Assembly: GCF_002087085.1 (NCBI RefSeq)
Contig: NZ_MWQY01000011.1
Span: forward strand, 62,001 to 126,000
Reading direction: 5' to 3'
Length of the DNA stretch: 64,000 nt
Position 1 is the stretch's first letter. Each line of letters begins with the position of its first letter. Positions 48,409-57,569 of this stretch are shown here, in pieces. The position numbers and the translations under genes are program-made. The notes beneath the pieces are model-generated. The model ran no database searches and had not been told where the DNA came from. It worked only from the letters and a program-made list of their open reading frames with translations.

Positions 48409-49701
48409 ATGTCGTCAAAATTCCATTTTGAAACCCTGGCGCTGCATGCCGGACAGGTACCCGACAGCGATCAGCACTCCCGGGGTGTCCCGGTTTACAG
48501 GACCAGCGCCTACACCTTTACCAATACCGAACATGCGGCAAACCTGTTCGCCCTGAAGGAGCTGGGTAATATTTATACCCGCATTATGAACCCGACCCAG
48601 GCGGTCCTCGAGGAGCGTATGGCGGCACTGGAAGGCGGTGCGGCCGCCCTGGCCCTGGCATCGGGAACCTCGGCGGTTTTCTATTCGATTATAAACGTTG
48701 CCTCCGCCGGGGAAGAGATCGTCTCGTCCAGCAACCTCTACGGCGGCACCTTTACCATGTTCCACGATATTCTTCCCCAGTTCGGTATTACCGTACGCTT
48801 TGTTGACCCGGAAGATCTGGATGGGCTGGAAAAGGCAATCAACGAAAAGACCCGGGCAGTTTACTTCGAGACCATCGGAAACCCGGGACTGGTGGTGGCG
48901 GATATCGAAAAGATCGCCGCCCTGGCCCACGAAAACTCCCTGCCCCTGATTGTGGATTCCACTTTTACAACACCGTATCTGCTTCGGCCCATCGAATACG
49001 GGGCGGATATCGTGGTTCACTCCCTGACAAAGTGGCTGGGAGGCCATGGTGCGGGAATCGGCGGTGTGGTAATAGACTCCGGCCGCTTCGACTGGACGAA
49101 CCCCAAATTCAGGCTTTTCAACGAGCCGGACCCCTCCTATCATGGTATTCGCTACGCCCACGATCTGGGAGATCTTAACCCGGTGGCCTTTATCATGCGC
49201 ATGAGACTGGTTCCCTTACGAAACCTGGGGGCGGCCCTCTCTCCGGATAACGCCTGGATCTTTCTGCAGGGGCTTGAGACCCTGCCCCTGCGAATGGAAC
49301 GTCACAGCGAGAACGCCTTCAAGGTAGCCGAGTTTCTGGAAAATCATCCCCGGGTGGAGTGGGTCAGTTATCCCGGTCTGCCGTCGAATCCGGCCTACGA
49401 ACGGAACGCCGGTTACCTGAAACGGGGTTTCGGCGGGATGGTGGTCTTTGGCATTAAGGGCGGTGCCGAGGCCGGATCGGCCTTTGTTGAAGGCCTGAAG
49501 CTCTTCTCTCATGTGGCCAATGTGGGGGACGCCAAGAGCCTGGTTATTCACCCTGCAAGCACTACCCACTCCCAGCTCTCTCCGGAGGACCAGATTACCG
49601 CAGGGGTACGGCCGGAACTGATCCGGCTCTCCGTTGGACTGGAACACATCGATGATATTATAGCAGACCTGAAACTTGCTCTGGAGCACGGGGCAGACTG
49701 A
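48409..49701 (+). CDS. metY: O-acetylhomoserine sulfhydrylase (aminocarboxypropyltransferase)
   Basis: GNIYTRIMNPT, HSLTKWLGGHG, ANVGDAKSLVIHPASTTH. Confidence 0.9.
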   Translation: MSSKFHFETLALHAGQVPDSDQHSRGVPVYRTSAYTFTNTEHAANLFALKELGNIYTRIMNPTQAVLEERMAALEGGAAALALASGTSAVFYSIINVASAGEEIVSSSNLYGGTFTMFHDILPQFGITVRFVDPEDLDGLEKAINEKTRAVYFETIGNPGLVVADIEKIAALAHENSLPLIVDSTFTTPYLLRPIEYGADIVVHSLTKWLGGHGAGIGGVVIDSGRFDWTNPKFRLFNEPDPSYHGIRYAHDLGDLNPVAFIMRMRLVPLRNLGAALSPDNAWIFLQGLETLPLRMERHSENAFKVAEFLENHPRVEWVSYPGLPSNPAYERNAGYLKRGFGGMVVFGIKGGAEAGSAFVEGLKLFSHVANVGDAKSLVIHPASTTHSQLSPEDQITAGVRPELIRLSVGLEHIDDIIADLKLALEHGAD

Positions 49702-51184
49702 AACCCATACGGGTACCGTTGCCGGGAGCGCTGCTGATTTCCAGGGCGCTCCCGTTTTTTTTCAGGAAATCCCGGGCCAGCTGGAGACCCAGGCCTGTGC
49801 CCTTTTCATCCTCTGTCCCCGGGCGGGAGGGGTTTTTGTCGGGGGAATATAATCCCCTGATCTCTTCTGAACTCATTCCAATGCCCGAATCTGTAATCTC
49901 GATCCTGGCCAGGCTCCTGTTTGCCCTGAGGCTGATTGAAACTGATCCGCCCCGTCGGGTGTACTTGATGGCGTTGTCCACAAGGTTCCGCAAAACCGTA
50001 TAGATCATATTGCTGTCTGCCATAACCTGCAGACGATCCTCGTCGGTTTCGAGGCGCAGATTTATCTCTTTAGCCTTGGCGCTCGTATGGGCATAGGCAT
50101 GGACGCTTCTGCAGAGTTCAATGATATCGACAGGCTCAGTCCGTACTATAAGCCTGCCGGATTCGGCCTGGGACCAGGCCAGGAGATTTTCCAGCAGGTC
50201 ATAGGTCGATTTGGCGGAGACATTTATCATGCCTATAAGCTCGCGGTTTTCCTCATCTGTCGAAGCGCCCCGGTGTGTATTTGACAGCATCAGGTTTGTT
50301 ATCCCGATGGTGGAATTAAAGGCATTCTTGAGGTCGTGGGCGATGATGGTAAAAAGTTTGTTCTTGGTTTTATTGGCCTCGTCCAGATCCCGGGCGGTCT
50401 TTTCCAGTTCGGAATAGAAGAGTTTTATCGGATTCCGGATGCCCTCGCTAACCAGGGAGCGGTAAATCAGGTAAAAGGAAAGGATTTTCAGGTAGTGCCC
50501 CAGCATGTTCAGCAGCCCGTAGTTATCGGTATACAGGGTAAAGGCAAACTCGCTCCCGATGGTGGCGGCTATGGACCAGTAAAAAAACCTGAAAAGGCCG
50601 GGCGGAAAGAGTCCCCGCCGGGAACGGAAGACCAACAGAGTGACAAAGAGGATAGCGACGATCACATATTCGCTGACAATCTTGAAGAGGGTCTGACCGC
50701 TGCCCTCGATAAAGCAGACCGGGAATATATTTGTCGGGAAGATAGAGATCATGATCAGGGTTGTGACGGCAAGGTAACCAATAAAGGTCGGTCTGTAGTT
50801 TCGTTGTTTTGTCGTTATAAAAAGCACGAATCCCAGCAGGCTGAGCGCCTCTGTATAGCGGGCCGCAATCCAGAGCTGATTTGCATGGTAGCTGTAGTCT
50901 GTGAAGATCCCCATCCCTGTATAGGAAAGGGTGTGCATGGTATCGAGGAAAGCGATAAAAAGATACGCAACTCCCAGGTGTACCAGCACCGGGGTCTCCA
51001 TCAGGTCTCTGGCGTTCCAGGCGATCATGAATACCCCGCAGGCAATGATGATGCTGAAAAGCTCCGACAGGGAATGAAACAGAAGGTAATTGTAAAAGCT
51101 GGTAAAATAGAGGGATGTCAACAGAACCAGGGGTAAAATGATTGAAAGAAATTGACCTTTTCGTTCTTTTTGAACAGACCTCAT
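49658..51184 (-). CDS. Sensor histidine kinase with MASE3-type membrane domain
   Basis: FHSLSE, FLDTMH.LSY, WIAAR; H-box IIAHDLKN, N-box NLVDNAIKY, DSGIG, GTGLGL. Confidence 0.88.
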   Translation of the reverse strand: MRSVQKERKGQFLSIILPLVLLTSLYFTSFYNYLLFHSLSELFSIIIACGVFMIAWNARDLMETPVLVHLGVAYLFIAFLDTMHTLSYTGMGIFTDYSYHANQLWIAARYTEALSLLGFVLFITTKQRNYRPTFIGYLAVTTLIMISIFPTNIFPVCFIEGSGQTLFKIVSEYVIVAILFVTLLVFRSRRGLFPPGLFRFFYWSIAATIGSEFAFTLYTDNYGLLNMLGHYLKILSFYLIYRSLVSEGIRNPIKLFYSELEKTARDLDEANKTKNKLFTIIAHDLKNAFNSTIGITNLMLSNTHRGASTDEENRELIGMINVSAKSTYDLLENLLAWSQAESGRLIVRTEPVDIIELCRSVHAYAHTSAKAKEINLRLETDEDRLQVMADSNMIYTVLRNLVDNAIKYTRRGGSVSISLRANRSLARIEITDSGIGMSSEEIRGLYSPDKNPSRPGTEDEKGTGLGLQLARDFLKKNGSALEISSAPGNGTRMGFSLPRAPEQVSGLL

Positions 51185-51190
51185 AGTGTG

Positions 51191-51219
51191 ATGATAAGGG
51201 ACTCTGGACAGAACCGCAA
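51191..51219 (-). promoter_or_regulatory. Sigma70-type promoter, probably leaderless, for the histidine kinase
   Basis: TTGCGG-N17-TATCAT, 6 nt before the ATG. Confidence 0.6.
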
Positions 51220-51222
51220 GTC

Positions 51223-52350
51223 TTAAGAAAGTGGAATATGAATCCGCAGGATTCCGCTGGAGGGGTCTACCCGTATGGTGCCTCCAAGCTCTCCGGTCAC
51301 AAGAAACCGGAGCATGGAAAGTTCCTGTCTCTCCAGGTTTTCCAGCGCCTTCGTTGGGGATACGCTGATCAGGAGACCTGCTCTGTCCAGGGATGTCCCG
51401 GCTTCCAGGTTTTCCCACTCCCCCTCCGGCCGCCGGTGAAAAGCGGTGGCCAGTACCTCATACAGCGTGAGGGATATCAGTACCCCCTGGAGCAGGCCGA
51501 TCTTGAGGTTTGAGCCGGTCACAGCCAGTTTCGGAGATTTTTCTTCCAGAGAGAAGGTCGCCGCATAGTGGCGGACAACTGTGTTGATGATCTCCCGCAG
51601 GTTCCTCTCCTCCGGGATTCCCGTCTGTGTAAAGTAGCGGTACGCGGCCCGCAGAACCGTAAGGCGGTTCGCCTTTTCTTCCGGGGATACTGAGGGATCT
51701 GACTTGAGCATGTGGCGGACCAGGCGCAGAATTTCATCGATACCCATACTGAGCTTGTTGAAGAGGATCCGGTTTTTTTCCACCGATCCTGTAAGGGCCA
51801 GGTTGGAGCGGTGAACCATTTCGTACAGGGAGGCGCTTTCCAGGGCATTGGCACAGTGGGACAGTATCAGGGTAAAAAGCAGGAGAGTCAGCCTGTCTCC
51901 GTGGCCCGGACCGTGGCTGAACACCCCGGCGAAGAGTCCACGGCAGCGGCGGGTTGTGCTTATGGAGTGGAGAAGGAGCCTGTTTCTGTCTTCGGCCTCT
52001 ATGTGACGCAGCATGGGGCGCTGGTCTCTAAGGGCTATGTGAATATTCCCCTTCTCCATCTCCTCTGCAATCAGGCCTTTAATATGTTCAGCCTCTGCAG
52101 CAGGACGGCAGGAATAGAGCTCCAGTTCGCCGGTATCATCATTTACCAGGTAAAAGGCGGAGACATCGAAGGGAATGATTGAATTCAGCCGTTCTCCCGT
52201 CAGTTCGAGTACCCGGTCAAGGGGAGAGGCGCTGGTAAGGGTATCGAGAAAATCGGTCATTTCAATGGCAGACTCAATGGTTTCGTAGGCTGAAACGATG
52301 GCGTCCGTCAGGTCCTGGTTTTCCAGCTCCAGGTCTCTGGGGTCAGTCAT
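51223..52350 (-). CDS. GAF-domain protein with a degenerate kinase-like C-terminus
   Basis: GAF-like N-terminal half ending ANALE..LY; eroded HATPase-like end. Confidence 0.6.
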   Translation of the reverse strand: MTDPRDLELENQDLTDAIVSAYETIESAIEMTDFLDTLTSASPLDRVLELTGERLNSIIPFDVSAFYLVNDDTGELELYSCRPAAEAEHIKGLIAEEMEKGNIHIALRDQRPMLRHIEAEDRNRLLLHSISTTRRCRGLFAGVFSHGPGHGDRLTLLLFTLILSHCANALESASLYEMVHRSNLALTGSVEKNRILFNKLSMGIDEILRLVRHMLKSDPSVSPEEKANRLTVLRAAYRYFTQTGIPEERNLREIINTVVRHYAATFSLEEKSPKLAVTGSNLKIGLLQGVLISLTLYEVLATAFHRRPEGEWENLEAGTSLDRAGLLISVSPTKALENLERQELSMLRFLVTGELGGTIRVDPSSGILRIHIPLS

Positions 52351-53554
52351 GGAGCATTATCTCCGTTATTTCTTCAGAATGGGTCTCCACCTGACGGACA
52401 ACGGCGTCTATGGCGGCAGGCTTGAGTGAGAGGTACTCCCGGGCAGCCTCCTGAAGAGGAGGTACATAGAGTTCTCCACTGGAACCTTTTTTTATTCCGT
52501 TGACTATGATGTCGGCAAAATGGATTATCGTGGCTTCAAAGGGTCTCAGGCTTTCCGCCACGCTGTGGTGGTCGGTAATCATGGCCAGAAGGTTTTCCGG
52601 CATATTGAGTTTCAGGCAGAGCTCCCGGCCGATATCGGAATGGGAAAAACCCAGAATGCTGCGCTCTGCGGTGAACTGTGTAAGGGAATGGCTGCGGCAG
52701 ATGGTATCGATATAGTAAACTGCGTCGTGCAGCCGGGTATACAGGAGGAGCTTGCCGATATCGTGAAGCAGACCACCGATAAAATAGCGCTCCGTGTTTT
52801 TCTCTTTCAGAAAGATGGCCAGGGTCCTGGCGGCAATGGCGGTGGCAATGCTGTGACGCCAGAACTCCGTAAGGGATGCATCATTCTCTCCCCTCTTGAA
52901 AAAACTCCTGCTGATGCTGATCCCCAGGGCCAGGGTTCCAAGTTGCCGTGTTCCGATTATGGAGACTGCTTTGCTGACGGTGTCGACGCTGTTTTTCAGG
53001 GCGTAGAAAGAGCTGTTCGCCAGGTTCAGCAGGCGGGAGGTGAAGCTGGGGTCCTTGGTTACCGCGTCGGATATGTCGATGGCTGAACTGCGCTCATCGT
53101 TGATGACGGAGAGGATGTGATTGTACACCTCCGGGAGAGCCGTGAATTCCCCCATTTCAATGATGGCCGCGGGATTTGCCGGGAGACTGTTTCGCTGGGG
53201 CGGTGCTACTTCTTTGGTGTTCTTCAGGAATCTGTCGTAGGGGCGTTTTGAACGGATACTTATGCTTTGCTGCCAGATTTCTCGAATGAGAGGGTCGTTT
53301 CTGTCCACCAGGGAGAAGAGTTCCAGGCTCTCTCCGGATACAGGTTCATTTTTCTTCTCTGTGTGCTGAATTCCCAGGGCTATCTTCGACTCGACGGTAA
53401 CGCATACATCGGATATTCCCCAGGTCTTGAGGATTTCAAGGTTCTTCTCATTTATTACACAGCCGGCGGTGAGTAGACGCCGGCCGTACATGTCATGCAC
53501 ATCCTCCGCAAGGACCATTCCGTTTTGTAAGTCACCTACACGTATCGTTTCCAT
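52343..53554 (-). CDS. HDOD-domain signalling protein
   Basis: DPSFTSRLL.LANS, FWRHS, GLLHDIGK, HSDIG. Confidence 0.88.
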   Translation of the reverse strand: METIRVGDLQNGMVLAEDVHDMYGRRLLTAGCVINEKNLEILKTWGISDVCVTVESKIALGIQHTEKKNEPVSGESLELFSLVDRNDPLIREIWQQSISIRSKRPYDRFLKNTKEVAPPQRNSLPANPAAIIEMGEFTALPEVYNHILSVINDERSSAIDISDAVTKDPSFTSRLLNLANSSFYALKNSVDTVSKAVSIIGTRQLGTLALGISISRSFFKRGENDASLTEFWRHSIATAIAARTLAIFLKEKNTERYFIGGLLHDIGKLLLYTRLHDAVYYIDTICRSHSLTQFTAERSILGFSHSDIGRELCLKLNMPENLLAMITDHHSVAESLRPFEATIIHFADIIVNGIKKGSSGELYVPPLQEAAREYLSLKPAAIDAVVRQVETHSEEITEIMLHD

Positions 53555-53621
53555 ACAGCCGCCGATGAGAAAGTATTCCTTAAATATAGCCGCAAATACG
53601 GCGCCGCTCAAGGTTTAGGGC

Positions 53622-54266
53622 TCAGACCTCCCGTACATCCCGTATCTCTTCGACATAGGGGGACAGACAGGAAATAAGGTCCTCCCTGCTCATATCTTCG
53701 ACCTTCAGGGTCAGCAGGGCATTGGTCATATCTTCTCCCAGAAAGGTTCCGATGGAGATGATGTTTCCACCCTTGTCGCGTATTGCAACAGCTATGTCTG
53801 CCAGTTCTCCGCGCTTCTCCGGAATAAGGATGGTCGCCCGAATACCGGAACGCCGTACGCCGAAGAGCTCCACAAAGAGTTTGAAGAGGTCGGATTCGGT
53901 AATAATGCCCGCCAGGTGTCCCTCTTTCATGATCGGGAGGCCGCCGATGTTATTTTCCGCCATTATACGGGCAGCATCCTCGATAGGGGTTTCCACGTCG
54001 ATGGTGATGGGGTCGACGGTCATTACCGATTCAACCTGGAGTTCCGAAAGGAGTTCGGATATTTCATACACATCCAGCGCGGTAGCCGTGGAGGGCGAGG
54101 CCTTCAGCAGATCCTTTTCTGTTACAATCCCCTTGAGTTTGCCATGCTTATCCACAACGGGGAGTCGATGGATTTTTTCCCGCTGCATTATTTTCCGGGC
54201 TTTGGCTACTGAATCGTGCGGCAATATTGTTATGGGATTCTGAGTCATTCGCTTACCCACAGTCAT
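53622..54266 (-). CDS. CBS-pair plus ACT domain protein (AcuB-like)
   Basis: IHRLPVVD...GIVTEKDL, IGGLP...GIITESD, then an ACT domain. Confidence 0.88.
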   Translation of the reverse strand: MTVGKRMTQNPITILPHDSVAKARKIMQREKIHRLPVVDKHGKLKGIVTEKDLLKASPSTATALDVYEISELLSELQVESVMTVDPITIDVETPIEDAARIMAENNIGGLPIMKEGHLAGIITESDLFKLFVELFGVRRSGIRATILIPEKRGELADIAVAIRDKGGNIISIGTFLGEDMTNALLTLKVEDMSREDLISCLSPYVEEIRDVREV

Positions 54267-54316
54267 GACAACCTCCTCGTGGACACAGACAAAATAGGGG
54301 TGTACCACCCGTAAAT

Positions 54317-54345
54317 ATGGTAGCCCGCTTTTCATGCGGTGTCAA
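54317..54345 (-). promoter_or_regulatory. Sigma70-type promoter for the AcuB-like gene
   Basis: TTGACA-N17-TACCAT. Confidence 0.65.
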
Positions 54346-54351
54346 ATATTG

Positions 54352-55338
54352 CTACCAGTTCGTATGAACCAGGGGTTTTATGTGTGTGTCGTATATTTTA
54401 CGGACTTTATCCATCTGTTCCTGTGTAAGGGGCGGCAGATCCGCTGATCCGACATTGGAGACAACCTGTTCCGGCCGGGAAGCTCCCGGAATTACCGTGG
54501 TAACCTCGGGGAACATGAGTATCCAGCGCAGGGCGATGGACGCCAGGGCGGTATCACCGGAAAAAAGTTCCTTGAGCTCCTCCACCGCCTGCAGACCTGT
54601 TTCAAAGGGCACACCGGAGAAGGTCTCTCCCTTGTCGAAGGCCGAACCGTCCCGGTTGAAACTCCGGTGGTCACGGGTACCGAAGGTCGTTTCCGCGGTG
54701 AACTTTCCACTCAGAAGGCCAGAGGCCAGGGGCACCCGTACAATGATTCCGATCTCCCTTTGCCGGGCAAGGGGAAAAAAATCTTCCGCCGGACGCTGGC
54801 GGAACATATTGAAAATGATCTGAACGGTGGTGACGTTATCGTATTCCGAAGCCTTCAGGGCCTCGTCGATTTTTTCCACCGAGACTCCGAGATGGGCGAT
54901 TTTCCCTTCCCGTTTAAGGTCTTCAAAGAGACCGAATATCTCCGGACGGTAATATACCTCCCCGGGGGGGCAGTGAAGCTGAATCAGATCCAGCCGGTCC
55001 AGACCGGTTCGTTTCAGGCTCCCTTCCACGTAGGATCGGAGTGCTTCAGGTGTATAGCCTTCCGCCACATGGGGCCGGATCTGACGACCGCATTTTGTTG
55101 CCACGTAAATCCGCTCGCTTCTGGATTTGACAACACGGCCGACGGCCTTTTCGCTTTCTCCGTCGGAATAAACATCCGCGGTGTCGATAAAATTGACTCC
55201 CCCGTCGATGGCGGAATTGATTATTTTTTCGGCGTTGGCATTGTCAAAAGCACTGCCCCATTTTCCCCCCACCTGCCAGGTACCCAGGGAAACCTCTGTA
55301 ATGCTGAAACCGGTTTTACCAAGTCTTCTTCTGTTCAT
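54352..55338 (-). CDS. Aldo/keto reductase
   Basis: LGTWQ, DTADVY, ATK, DLIQLH, PLASGLL, IPGA. Confidence 0.93.
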   Translation of the reverse strand: MNRRRLGKTGFSITEVSLGTWQVGGKWGSAFDNANAEKIINSAIDGGVNFIDTADVYSDGESEKAVGRVVKSRSERIYVATKCGRQIRPHVAEGYTPEALRSYVEGSLKRTGLDRLDLIQLHCPPGEVYYRPEIFGLFEDLKREGKIAHLGVSVEKIDEALKASEYDNVTTVQIIFNMFRQRPAEDFFPLARQREIGIIVRVPLASGLLSGKFTAETTFGTRDHRSFNRDGSAFDKGETFSGVPFETGLQAVEELKELFSGDTALASIALRWILMFPEVTTVIPGASRPEQVVSNVGSADLPPLTQEQMDKVRKIYDTHIKPLVHTNW

Positions 55339-55375
55339 TTTTTTCTCCTCTTTTAATTTTCTGTCCGTCGATACA

Positions 55376-55975
55376 CTATATCATACCCAGGCTGGAGAGG
55401 TATTCGGCAATTCCGCTTAAGAGCATCTGTACCGCCACGGTGGTCAGGATCATCCCCATGAGTCTCTCGATGGCCTTGAGTATCCTCGTGCCCATCAGTG
55501 TCCTGAGTAGGTCCGATAAAAGCAGAATAAGCACCGTGGAGAGCCAGGCGATAAGCAGGGCCAGGAAGGTTTCCGTAATGCGGTCCGGGTGCCGGGTGGC
55601 CAGCAGGGTCAGCATTACTATGGTTGAGGGGCCTGCGATAAGGGGTACGGCCAGGGGGACGATCAAGGGCTCCTCATCGCCGGCAATCCCCTGCCCCCGG
55701 ACGGTTTCGGGAAAGATCATTTTCAGGGCAATCAGAAAGAGGATAAGTCCTCCGGCGATGGAGAGGGCAGGCTCGGAAATATGCATTCCCTTGAGGATAT
55801 AGCCGCCGAATAGCAGGAAGATTATCAGAATCGCCAGGGCAATGATCAGTTCCCGCAGAATTACCCGCCGCCGGCGTCCGGGATCCATGTTGGATAACAG
55901 GGCCAGAAAAGCCGGTATATTTCCGAAGGGATCCATTACCAGCAGAAGGGTTATTGCATTGGATATGATAAACAT
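55376..55975 (-). CDS. MarC-family membrane protein
   Basis: DPFGNIP.F, IAGG, VPLAVPLIAGP, ERLMG. Confidence 0.9.
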   Translation of the reverse strand: MFIISNAITLLLVMDPFGNIPAFLALLSNMDPGRRRRVILRELIIALAILIIFLLFGGYILKGMHISEPALSIAGGLILFLIALKMIFPETVRGQGIAGDEEPLIVPLAVPLIAGPSTIVMLTLLATRHPDRITETFLALLIAWLSTVLILLLSDLLRTLMGTRILKAIERLMGMILTTVAVQMLLSGIAEYLSSLGMI

Positions 55976-55981
55976 GGATCT

Positions 55982-55990
55982 ACTGTAGCA
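55982..55990 (-). promoter_or_regulatory. Extended -10 element, probably leaderless, for the MarC gene
   Basis: TGC-TACAGT, 6 nt before the ATG; no clear -35. Confidence 0.5.
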
Positions 55991-56093
55991 TACGGATGAA
56001 GGAAACGGTAGCGGCCTCTGTTTTGCTCTGTTTTGGCCTTGTCCAATCAGAACATCGGGGATATCTTCAAGGGTAACATCAGGAACGCTTATT

Positions 56094-57014
56094 TTGAATA
56101 TTCCAGGATTTCTTACAGGGAAACTTGTCGTTTTTTTATACCTGTTCTCATTTTCTCCGGGCCTTTTTGCCGAAGTCCCCATGGAGGTGCAGCCCGAGGG
56201 TGCCCCCCGGGAGGAAGCGCGGAGGAGTTTTTCCGGAGAGGAGGTCGTCAGGGCTTTTTACAGGGCCTATCCCGACAGGATTGAGCGTATCGCCCTCCTG
56301 GCCGGGGACTGGGCCATGCTTGTTGACGGCAGCTGGTTTTTCTGGGCCGAAGGACGGCTTCTTCCGGAAGAACTTAGAATGCAGCACCGGGATTATTCTC
56401 CTTACCCCTTTTACCGGTACCCCCGGACTCTGCCCGCCTTAGGGGAACCTGATCCTCAGGAGGCTGCCAGGCTGCGGGCCAGGGTCAGCTCCCGGGAGGA
56501 GAACCCCCCGCGGCGGCACCCCGGATTCTTCAACGCCCTGTGGCGAATTTACGACCGGGATACCAGCTGGGCGCGGATGAAAACCACCTTTTTTCTGGGC
56601 CACAGGATTGAGCTGCACCGGGAGCTGCTGGAGGACCTGGCGGCGGTGGAGGAGACAATCCAGGAGGTCATGAAGACTGATGCTGATCTGCGCCGTTTCG
56701 TTGCCGGCCTTTCAGGCTTCGACGCTTACAACTGGCGTATAATTGCAGGCACGGCATCCATGAGCTTTCATGCCTACGGTGCCGCGGTAGACCTTCTTCC
56801 GGGGGACTACCGGGGACTCCAGGCCTACTGGCGCTGGGCGGCCCGCTATTATCCTGACTGGTTTACCCTTCCCTACGAACAGCGCTTCATGCCTCCGGAC
56901 TCCTTCGTCCGGGCCTTTGAAGAGCAGGGATTTATCTGGGGAGGGAAATGGTTCTACTTCGATACAATCCATTTTGAATACCGGCCGGAACTTCTGATTC
57001 TGAACGGCTGGTAG
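56094..57014 (+). CDS. M15-family peptidoglycan metallopeptidase
   Basis: Signal peptide, SFHAYGAAVD, WGGKW...D..HFEY. Confidence 0.85.
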   Translation: MNIPGFLTGKLVVFLYLFSFSPGLFAEVPMEVQPEGAPREEARRSFSGEEVVRAFYRAYPDRIERIALLAGDWAMLVDGSWFFWAEGRLLPEELRMQHRDYSPYPFYRYPRTLPALGEPDPQEAARLRARVSSREENPPRRHPGFFNALWRIYDRDTSWARMKTTFFLGHRIELHRELLEDLAAVEETIQEVMKTDADLRRFVAGLSGFDAYNWRIIAGTASMSFHAYGAAVDLLPGDYRGLQAYWRWAARYYPDWFTLPYEQRFMPPDSFVRAFEEQGFIWGGKWFYFDTIHFEYRPELLILNGW

Positions 57015-57032
57015 GAAGTTTAAGGAGGTCCT

Positions 57033-57569
57033 ATGCTCTCGTTTATAGCCAAATTCCTCGCCGCCCTGAATGCCAATTCCCGGCCGGGGGAGATCGGGGC
57101 CGCCGCCTCTTTCGGCTTCATGCTGGCCCTGATTCCAGGGGGGAACCTGCTCTGGTTCGCCCTCTTTATTCTGGTGTTTCTGCTCAAGGTTCACCTGGCG
57201 ACGGCGCTGCTGGTGATGGTGCTCGGTAAACTGGTCGTCCCCCTGCTTGACCCCCTTATTGAACTTCTTGGTCTGGCAATTCTGAACCAGGAATCCCTTT
57301 TTCCCCTCTTCACCGCCATGGCCGACATGCCCCTGCTGCCCTACACCAACTATAACCACTCCCTGGTTACAGGGGGGTTCGCTGCAGGTATCATTCTCTG
57401 GATACCCCTCTTTTTTCTCTTCATACTGCTGGTACGGCTGTACCGCAGCTATCTCTGGCCGAAGCTTGCGGAGAACCGGCTGGTTAAGGGCTTTTTACGC
57501 TATCCCCTGGTCAAAAAGATCAGCGGGGCCGTCGGCAAGGTCGGCGGATTCTGGAAGGGAGTACGCTGA
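57033..57569 (+). CDS. TIGR03546-family membrane protein
   Basis: LNAN..P.EI pattern, four hydrophobic segments, coupled to the next gene. Confidence 0.75.
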   Translation: MLSFIAKFLAALNANSRPGEIGAAASFGFMLALIPGGNLLWFALFILVFLLKVHLATALLVMVLGKLVVPLLDPLIELLGLAILNQESLFPLFTAMADMPLLPYTNYNHSLVTGGFAAGIILWIPLFFLFILLVRLYRSYLWPKLAENRLVKGFLRYPLVKKISGAVGKVGGFWKGVR

